Shown here piece by piece: positions 1-9,487 of a DNA stretch of 64,000 nt. Every line of letters begins with the position of its first letter. The stretch's first letter is position 1. The position numbers were made by a program, and so were the translations under genes. Below the pieces are notes generated by a model. It was not told the origin of the DNA, did no database searches, and saw only the letters and a list, made by a program, of their open reading frames with translations. Origin of the DNA: Azolla caroliniana (Eukaryota; Plantae; Polypodiophyta); assembly GCA_043228905.1 (NCBI GenBank), contig JBHGNT010000008.1, positions 15,624,001 to 15,688,000 on the forward strand. Direction: 5' to 3'.

Positions 1-229
1 GTTTTTATAAAAATAGGCGTAAATATAAGTCTTACCCCTATTAAATCTATATTTAGATCACTTATGATACGTTAGTACAATGGTAAGGTTTGGGGTTTGT
101 TTACATGGAGGTACAGGGTTTCAATCTTGCCCTATGCATGTAACATATATTTTAATATTTTCTTTTATTTCTTTATGCATACTTAATCGAATATTTCTTA
201 CATATTTCACATAGTGTGCGAATTACACT

Positions 230-1251
230 ACAACAGTGTAAGATATACCAATTAAGCATAGACGGTGAGTAGAAAAGATACACAATGCTCAAATCCAAAA
301 ACTTAGATTACTTTTGTCCCTCATTACATTGCTTTCCGGATCCTTTTATAGGCCTCCGGTTCCAATTACAAAACAGTGTCATACCCGCAACCGGCTATGA
401 ACGGGCCGGATCCAATTACAAAACGGTGCCATACTCTAGCAAACACACATTAGTACAAATCTTTAGACAACCGACATCTTCACAAAAGCCATCGGGGCCG
501 ACAAGCTTCAGCAATTCACGACGGTCCTTGACTAAAGACCGCTAACTTGCCAAGCTTGAGGGGGAGTAATAGAGAAAGAACCGGATACTAGTCAAAGTGG
601 ACACCAACTGAGACGGACAACTAGCATGCAACAAAAAGTTGAAAGTCGACTAATGCGGAAAGTTGAGCTTGAAGGGGCGTGTTGAGAATCAAGTTCAACC
701 CATCCTAGTGTGTAAACACATTAGAGAGTTATACACCACCACAGTTATGTAATATAATTAATGTGTCATAGGAGTTACATTCTATGACACATAATTAAAG
801 AGTATTGTAACATAATTCATGTGTGATAGGACTTACACTCTATGACACATAGTTAATGAGATTCCCCACGCCCCAAGATTCTAGAGTGTGAGTGATTGTT
901 TTAGTGAGAGGGTGACCTTATATAAAGCACCCTCCTCTTACTTTGAATGGGTCAATTAAGTATACACTAAGGAGAGACCTGTAATATAAGAGGGTGACCT
1001 TATATAAAGCACCCTCCTCCTACTTTAAATGGGTCAATTAAGTATACACTAAGGAGAGACCTGTAATATAAAACAAGAGATACAGGATATACAAAGAGAT
1101 GGTAAGACAGGACGGCTTATAACCAAATTGGTAATGGCCAAAAGGAACAGAGGCCGAATCGGCTAACTCGAGAGCAGAAGTCAAATTGGTTTGGTAATGG
1201 CCAAAAGGAACAGGGGCGTGTTGAGAATCAAGCTCAACCCATCCTAGTAAC
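230..1251 (+). mobile_element. Copia-like 3' remnant: PPT-like tracts followed by an LTR with an internal ~82-bp duplication
   Basis: AGCTTGAGGGGGAG at ~552 is typical of the Copia RNaseH end. GAAGGGGCG|TGTTGAGAATC at 671-690 marks an LTR start, repeated at ~1214-1250. 907-990 is duplicated at ~990-1070. The LTR start matches those at 7072(-), 25459(-) and 49970(+). Confidence 0.6.
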
Positions 1252-2083
1252 ACCAGGTCATTTAGAATAGGTAATATGTCACATTCCTTTATTGATAAAT
1301 ACATCAGATGTCAAGAATTACAACTTTTTAACAAACTTTCAAGAATGTATCACCCATGCGCACATGACTTTTAAAAACATCAATAAAAAACACAGTTAAT
1401 ATTATGAAGATTTCAAATTTAACCTATATTTTCTCAATTCATACACTTATTTAGCCAGACATTCACTTGGATTGCGAGAATGCTTTCAACTATCATTGTA
1501 ATATAGTTCATTTTACATAATGTTGAATTTGAATCCAATTGAACAATTTTTTAAACAATTTTAATGCTATATTTCTCTCTAACTCCTATAAAGCTTGTTA
1601 TATTAAATGAGCAAATTGCATTTTTGGGTATAATTAGACACATATTCACAAGTGAATAGCACATCTCACATGCCCAAAAACTTCTACGAACATTATATCC
1701 CAATCATATATGAACAACCTAAATGTAAGATCAAGTGAGGAACAACGTTGACTTAATATTATTCTGTACACTTGAAACTAAATAACCAAGATAAAAGAGC
1801 TCATAAATCCTAGAACAAAGCCAAATTCAATTATATTAATAAAGAAACAATTATAACCAATATTTGCCATGCAATCGATAAGTTCATCAACATTTATTCA
1901 ATAAAAACTATACTTAACAACCACACACTTTGCGAGTCAACCAACATAAATATATGATAGACAATTAAAGTTTGCAAATCAATTAGATAGTGTAAAGAAA
2001 TGGTACTCAAACAAAATAATCTTATATTCCAAAACAAGTTTAGTGTTACAATTTTATAGTTACAAATACAAACTAATATACAA

Positions 2084-5000
2084 TCACTCCATTAGGAGGT
2101 CTGGAACAGGCTGCTCTCCAAGATCAGTTGACACTGGTGCTGCATCGACATGTTTTGTCTCCTCAACTGAATCATGTATATGATCAGAACATGGTGCATC
2201 TTCAAGGTCGACAAGGTCGCCTCCTTCCTTGTCTATAGGTTCCATCGGCTCTCTAGAGGCCATCTAAAACATCTTTGTTTCATTGATATGCTTTGCCCCA
2301 ACCTCTTGGTCCTGGTCGGGACAATCCTAGATGCCTTGGATCCTCATCTTAATAAAATTGACTTGGTCGGGGTCCTTTTCTAATGCGACACAATTCCTAA
2401 ACAGTTTAAGAGCACATGCAGTCGTCGTTCCTAAATAAACAATCACACATTCAAAAGTAAGAAAACAGGACAAGAAATAATATTTCATTTTTAGTAAAAT
2501 TTATGAAATTTATGAGATTACCTGTTCTAGAAAATAAGTCGAGAACCCAATCATCAGGGTTCGAGAATAACTCGACCAATCGATTAATCAATCATTGGGG
2601 CTTTTGATAAGGGTTTACTAAACTCTTATCGCTAGACACGTGGCACAATTTCTTCATTACAGCTGGGCACATGATATAGTTGACAACGTTCCGCTCATTA
2701 ACATGTGTCCAAGCCTTCTTCTTAGAAATCGCGTTGTAGTAGCCCACGCACATGTGCTCCACAACGCTCACCATTCGATCACCCAGGGTACAAGTTATGT
2801 TCATTTTAACCCTATTGTATAATTGAATCGAAACAAGTTAATAAATATGTAGTAAGCAACATAGAATCCATACATTAAATATATAGTAACATAATGCTTA
2901 CCAATGCATATGTTCGGTGGCATGGCATCTCGACTTCAATGCAGTCGTGACCGATAATGCCTAACCCATACTGTGAAATATAACAATACGCCATAATGGT
3001 GCTAGGGTCAGCTCCGCAAAGTGCTTAACCATCTTCTCTATTTGCAGATATTTGTATGGCACATCGTCGTATGTCAAGCCTGATATTCTGAATCCATACG
3101 GTATATCCGCGATGAGCAATGTATAATGTCTCTTGGGTAATATGTCAAGCATATTGCCCACATCACCATTATATACACTATAATACAATTGTCGGAAAGG
3201 ATCACTCTTGTGCAAAAAGCTTTTGACGGTATCTGAGTCCTCAAGCACCTCGAGCTCCTTTCCTTTTGTCATACGTTTCTCGTATTTAGCTCATTCCAAA
3301 TGGGTGATGAAGGCGCTAGGTATGCCTTCATTGTTGTCACTATTCTTCTTTGAACGAGGTGGTTTCTGTAATTATAAATTTTGTAAGAAGAAACCCATTA
3401 TCCAAAAATCAATTAATATTTGTAGAGCATACATACCCATTCTCTAAACACGATAAAGAATTCTTCAACAGCCTTGTAAGATGATGTTTTTGGGCAAGAT
3501 TGCTCCACTTCTTCCCACGTAGGCATGGACAATTTTTTCATCATCAACTCTTGAATCTTCATATACACTTTATGGCTAAAAAACAAATGAAACTACAATT
3601 AAAAAAAAGGACAAATCAACAAAGCACTCAAATCAAAATGATACATGCACATAGATGACTAACTCTATGACCATTTCGTCAAGGCTAAACTCCCTGGTGG
3701 CCACTCTTGATAATAAAGATATCAATAATCTGTCATCCTTAATTCCTTGTAGTGACCGCCAAGGAAGTAGCTTCATATCTTCAGCTAACTCTTCAATTAC
3801 TAAGTCACTTTTACGTGACTTAGATTTCATCTCCACTTGTGGGTCGAGCTTAGCCTTCTTTGATTTTTGACCCTTTATTTCTTTACGTTCCCACATACTA
3901 AAAATGCAGTCTTGGAGGCCCCACACCTCCCCTGTTCTAAACGCAAGTTGAAACCATGAGTCATATTTTCTCAGGCCTTCAGACTTGGTGCTTTCGTCAA
4001 CTGTTATCGCCACTTCAAGTAGACATTGTCGTCGCAATCCAGGATGCAACCAAGAACCAAATTTTTGCAGCGCATCAAGGTACCCGTGATGGAAGAACCT
4101 GATGCGCCCGATACATGACATCTTTTGTCTATAGTCATTATCGTTGTTATGATCCCAAGCTAACAACTTGGCTTCTGCATGTGTAAGGCCTGCATACACT
4201 TTACATTTTGCATACTTGAAGAAAGGGGTAAGAGGATACTCCTTGACCAGTTGACATCGGGCTTCAGCAAAGTGGGATCCTCCAATCACATAGTATGTAT
4301 AGTCATCTGTCGAACTGTACTTGAAGTCAGCAACAGTAGGGCATTGATATGGGTCGACCATTACTAAGAATGGCACTACAGTCGCATGTGGATTAATCTT
4401 CATTTTTCATTTTAAGTTTTGCGCATGCACTGAATGTGGCTCTCTAATTTCTAGAGCCCGTCTTCCTGTCTCCAGATTGATGGGTGGCCATTGAATAGAG
4501 CATATTGGTAAGTGAAATAATTGTCCTTTACGGACAAGCTTCGTCTTCATAATATTTTCTCTGATCCGGTTTTGCTCTCAGGTGAGTATCCCCGATGAAA
4601 TGTGGCTCCCTGGAGGACGAACTTCGAGCTCAGCTTCTTCCTCCTCATTTTCTATGAACTCGAGGACGTCCGGCTCGTCCTCTTCTGGTTGCTGCCTTTT
4701 CTTGTACTTCTTATGTTCCAATTTGGACTTCTTGGCAGACTTTGGTGGGGTTGTTGTTTGTGTGACCATCAACTCTCCCTTTCCCTTAATGTACGAGCGC
4801 AAAGCAACAATCAAGTTGTTTTTTGTCTGAACATTCCTTTTTAGTGCTTTAGGGTGGCAGGACTCAATTAGGAAATTACGTTCATCAATCTTGACTCTGC
4901 GAAACCCCACCGAGCTATCAACATCGAAGAAGAGGTTCGATGAGTCGTTGTCTTCATATTCGATGTTCCGTACATAGCCGTAGGTGAATGTCTTTCCCAC

Positions 5001-5769
5001 CTGCAACTTGCCTTCACCTTCAAAATTTGCAAGAATAAGAAGGAGGTTCCCTTCTTCCTCAGTGTAGATCAGTGTCCACTCCACATCGGGGTAGCTCTTC
5101 AGGCGAGGCTCCCCACTCTTTTCGCCTAAAGTCTTCGTCATGTTACCGGCAAAAGACTTTGATGTGTCGTCACCTTTTGACTCGATAAATGTTTTGCGAG
5201 AATCAGCTTTCATCATGGTGTCAGAAGTTCTTTTTGTTGGAGATGGAATTTTTAGTTTGAAGGACGACACCTTCTGTCGTGGCTCACTGAAAACAACAAG
5301 TCATGACACAAGGATATAACAATAATGTTAATAATAAACAATATAGATCTCTTAACTAAGGTAAAATTTAGCAAAAATCGTACGTTTTTTGTATAGAATG
5401 TTACATAAAAATCTTGAAGAAATAGACCAAAAAACAACAAAAAATTTAACCAAATCTAATCAATTGATCATAAAGATCCCATTGGATAGTGCATCAGGTT
5501 CCCGTTGAAAGAGTATTGTTTTCGACGAGAACTCAATGCACTAGTATTCTTTCAATGAGAACTCGATGCAGTGCATCGAAATCTCGTTAAAAGAGGTGTC
5601 CCTTTCAACGGGAACTTGATGCACTGCATCGAGTTCCCGTTGAAAGCAATACACATCGATTATGGAAGCAAAAAATGAACAAAACAAAAAGGAATCTTTA
5701 AGGAACCTTTTTGGAATCTAAAATGTTGGGTTGGAAAACATACCTGGCAATTTTCTTTCCCTTGTTCAT
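2084..5769 (-). pseudogene. Six-exon ParB-like domain + beta-class DNA N6-adenine/N4-cytosine methyltransferase fusion (~962 aa), disabled by 7 in-frame stops
   Basis: Manually reconstructed exons, all GT-AG: 5744-5769, 3664-5286, 3437-3575, 2902-3365, 2522-2811, 2084-2430 (2889 nt, frame preserved; the second intron's boundaries are least certain). ParB-like: LEIREPHSVHAQNLK*KMKINPHATVVPFLVMVDP...YYVIGGSHFAEAR. MTase: YNGDVGNMLDILPKRHYTLLIADIPYG (motif IV) ... HWVK ... NPYQKPQ*LINRLVELFSNPDDWVLDLFSRTGTTTACALKLFRNCVALEKD (motif I region). Confidence 0.88.
5489..5646. repeat. Array of six ~22-bp units in both orientations forming palindromes, inside intron 1 of the MTase gene
   Basis: Unit consensus CTTTCAACGRGAACTYGATGCA. 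The best hairpin is 5602-5646 (22-bp arms, one mismatch, 1-nt spacer). A second is at 5549-5593, and an inverted pair spans 5489-5541. Confidence 0.85.
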
Positions 5770-6031
5770 GTTGATGTCAGAGATGTTTACTTGACCGGGG
5801 AGGCGAAAACTCGACGATTAAAGTGCTCGTGTGCTCGTGTGCTCTTCTTTTGCTGGAACATGATAATGAGAAATAGAAGATGACTTCCGTTTATATAATT
5901 TTTATTTTGTATTTTCAAAACAAAAAATTAAAAATATTTTTATTTATTTTAAAATAAATAAATAAATATGTTTTTGGACATGGTGCTTGTGCCTATTATA
6001 GAACCAAGCTTGTGCCTATTTTGGATATTGT

Positions 6032-6790
6032 TTGTGTTACTTAGCCTTGAGCAAAATGTCTTCAAAGTCGAGTGAAAATTCCATGTTTTCTATTGAGCCT
6101 GTTATATTATCTGATAACTCCTTATTCTCAATCGAGGAATATAGCCATGTTAATAATAAAAGGTGCCATGTTAAGACCAACGATGATCAAGAGCAAAGCT
6201 CGGCGTCGATTTTTTCAATAGAGCCATTAAACATAGGTAAAACAAGATATACTAAAGTAGATGCAACTCATGTTGAGTCTAGTTTATTGAATGCTACCAA
6301 AGATTGTGTCAATAAGCCTCTAAATTTTCAAAGAGTTCCTCGACAAGTGAGTGTTAAATGATATAATTTTGGTGTTCGGATCGACAAATTTCAATTGACA
6401 TATGCAAGGTATGTTGTGGGAGCCTTTGTCTATTAAAATTTGGAAAGGCAAACTTGCGGGGGTTGCGACAAAAGTATTTGTCTCTCAATGGCCACGAACA
6501 AGATACATTCTTGATTGCCAATATGCAACATGTTAAGGACCATCTGGCAGTGTCGTGTTCTCAATAGGTGGAATACTACCTTTCACTTACTACGAAGAGT
6601 TGTCGAGTTGCTTTTAAAATTGCTTATAGCATCGGGAACATGAGGCTACAAAGAATTCAACATCGATTACTGAAGGGGTGGTGGGTGCTTTCAACAATAG
6701 AGAATCTTCATGTAAGGGCCTGATTGGGCGACATGTTGTTAGATGGATGGAGATGTATTTCTCGAAGCAATGTGCTGTTATGCCCACCAC
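6032..6790 (+). pseudogene. Degenerate N-terminal part of a probable DNA transposase (possibly Sola/DUF7869-like), truncated by an LTR
   Basis: Reading across stops and frameshifts: CKVCCGSLCLLKFGKANLRGLRQKYLSLNGHEQDTFL...YYLSLTTKSCRVAFKIAYSIGNMRLQRI...LIGRHVVRWMEMYFSKQCAVMPTT. The Cys pattern and W..YF...C..MP spacing resemble the region upstream of the catalytic domain in such transposases. The catalytic domain itself is absent. Confidence 0.5.
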
Positions 6791-7072
6791 TGAAAACACA
6801 AGATGTACAGAAAACAATAAAACTGTATTACCAAGGAGTAAGTATGAACCAACAATTACAAAGAGGCATATGTAGTCACCTTCTCTCTATGTTCTCTCAC
6901 TACAACCACCACTTGCAAAAGAGGTGGAGACTTAACTATCTACTAAATATGTGTCATAGAACCTTAAAGTTCTATGAAATACTAGTTACTATACTAGGAG
7001 GTGGGGTGTTTACACACTTGGGTATACTAAGGTGTGTTCCCACACTATGGAATTTGAGTTTGATTATCAACA
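6791..7072 (-). mobile_element. Copia-family LTR interrupting the transposase-like gene
   Basis: TG...CA ends. The reverse complement starts TGTTGATAATCAAACTCAAA, like the LTRs at 680 and 25219-25459. No matching TSD seen. Confidence 0.7.
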
Positions 7073-7083
7073 GGAAGTATGTA

Positions 7084-7870
7084 TGAGATATAATACACAA
7101 AACCGGTTTTTTACATCAATTTAAATTACGGCAATACCACGATTTCAGTGGTTTTTACAAAGCCCATGATTAAGAACGAAACGGAAAGTAAATCCTGTGA
7201 TAAGGATCCGTGAGTGAAGAATTTGTTGGAGTATCAGAGACGAGAATCCTTGAGTTTCGGTGTGAAGTGTGATCATCGGCTTCGTTGCCTCTTTCGATCT
7301 TGAACAAGCTGCCACGCTCTCTTGGTTGAATTCCCTTCTAGCTCTTTCCTCTTTCCAATTCGACAACGCTTCCACCTCCTTTCTTCTTTCCTCTCCCCTT
7401 TACACAAGACCTAGTAGGGGTTTTTATAGGTTTCCCCAACTCATGTAACTATGGTTATTATGGGGTAACTTTGGTTACAAAACCACTGATTGTGACTGTT
7501 GGAAGCAGGTTGTCTGATGCGGAACAAGATCAAGTGAAGAACTCCTAGTTGATGTAGATCTAAGAAGACAAATCAGAAGAACAGATTGTATAACAAAGAC
7601 AACTTTACTATATTCAAGATCAACAATAGAGTAAGAGAAAGAAACAGATAGAGAAGCACAAACAAAGTGTAACTGTATTATTCTCCAACGTTACAATGTG
7701 GCACAACAACAACAATGAACAACCACCAACTAGGTTACAAACGTCAGTTTAAATACTAATTGACCTAGGGCAAAGGTACTTTCCAATCATTACAATTATG
7801 GCTAAACCTAGTTTGTCCAATGGAACAATGTGAATACGTCCATTATATACCTGTATTCAACACTCCCTTG
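7084..7870 (-). mobile_element. Adjacent LTR fragments; 7497-7862 is TG..CA-bounded with a minus-strand PPT-like tract
   Basis: TGTTGGAAGC...ATTCAACA followed by CTCCCTTG. Minus-strand TATA-like motif near 7425. Confidence 0.5.
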
Positions 7871-8654
7871 TAATGGGCATATACAAAAAATATGTAATTG
7901 AAAATGAACAGAAAATACAAATTTATACAAAGATTGTCGGACAAGTCGGCTTTGTCCAAATTGGCAATGTCTGAAAACAAGAAGCCGAATCAGCTCTGTT
8001 GATTGCCGAGTCTCGTAATGTTAATGTTGAATGCCCGAAACCATCCTAAATGTCTGACTTAATCGAAATGATTTCTATTAACGCCCATTTGGTGCCGAAG
8101 AGACCGAAAATAAATCGGTGCATAAGTAGCAAACAATATGCTAGAAAGAGGTTTGATAAAATGGATGCAACAAAATCATCAACGAAAGATTCACAAGAAC
8201 TTATTGGCAACTTTGCAAACAAAACCAAAACACACAACAAAAGACTACAAAAGAGGTGCTCAGCATGTTAAGAAGCGATTGCCAATATGTTAAGGTTTTG
8301 TGGTGTATTTTACAAATTGAGCAATGATATCTGAAAATTTGAAGTTTTTGAAGTTTTTGGTGACTGGAGTTTTTATATCTTGGATTATTGTAAGTTTTTG
8401 GTTTTTGATATGTATGACTAAACTTTTTATATCTGAAAATCTAGATTATTGATCTCTCAAAAACTAAAAATTTGAAAATATGTGTGACCTTCAGAGTTTT
8501 TCGTCTCTAGAAATGCCTGATGTTTGAAGCTTTTGTCTCTGAATATGTGTGATCTTTTGAAATGTTTGGTGACTAAAATTTTGTGATCTTTGAAGTTTCA
8601 TGTGTGATTTTGGTCAGAATAGTTGAAGTTTTTGGTCTCTTCAAAAAATTGGGT

Positions 8655-9150
8655 CAGGTGGCTTAGATTAAGCTACCCAATATAGATGAAGGTGGCAGGG
8701 TTAGATGCAAGTAGAGTCAGGTTAGATGCAGCTACCCGAGTTAAATGAAGGTATTAGGGTTAGATGCAAGTAGTCGGGTTAAATGAAGGTACCACGGTTA
8801 GGTGCAAGTAGTCGGGTTAGTTGGGTTTGATGCGTCTACCTAGGTTACAAACTTGGGCTGGGTTAGGCGAGTTAGATGAAGGTACCCAGGTTAGATGCAA
8901 GTAACTAGAAAATTGAATCAATCGGGGCCAAGTTAGAAGTGATAGAGACAAGAACAGAAGTTAGAAATGACAGACACAGAGAACATAGCCGAGTTAGACA
9001 TGACAGAGACGGGTTAGTTATGGGCGGTTGAGCCAGAGCCGAGTTAATTACGGGCGCTTGAGCCAGAGCCGGGTTAGTTAAGGGCGGTTGAGCCAAAGCC
9101 GGGTTAGTTATGGGCGCTTGAGCCAGAGCCGGGTTAGTTAAGGGTGCTTG
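8655..9150. repeat. Two minisatellite tracts just upstream of the aminoacylase gene
   Basis: Degenerate GGGTTAGATGCAAGTAG units at 8655-8905. About 5 copies of a 30-bp unit GAGCCAGAGCCGGGTTAGTTAAGGGCGSTT at ~9005-9150. Confidence 0.8.
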
Positions 9151-9487
9151 CTTTTTGTGGATAAATGATCTGACGGTGCAGATTTCACTGGATTATCAAA
9201 CTGCTCCCTTCGCAGTGTTCATGGCCGCAATTCCATGGACCCTCACCAAGCCTCTTTTATTCTTTGGTTTTGTTTTATTTCAAAAATAAAAATTTATTGC
9301 CTTTTAATTGATTTATTTTTGTGGTAAATTTGTTTTTACCCCTTTTTTTGGTTAATGTTATTTTTGTTGGGCACTCTTCTGTCCTAGCCTGAAATCTCTG
9401 ATGGAAAAACCTCTGTCTTTTCATTGATGCGTTTCTCAGCTGTTTCCTGCTTCAATCCATGCTTTCGGATTGCTACTCCCTGCTCTA

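Noticed and set aside
1252-2083. Possible terminal inverted repeat of the MTase-carrying element
   Set aside because: AT-rich sequence with no partner repeat identifiable in the window, so the terminus cannot be called from this copy.
2084-5769. Bacterial or phage contamination as the source of the methyltransferase
   Set aside because: The gene has five AT-rich GT-AG introns, one within motif I, and is flanked by plant LTR families found elsewhere in the window.
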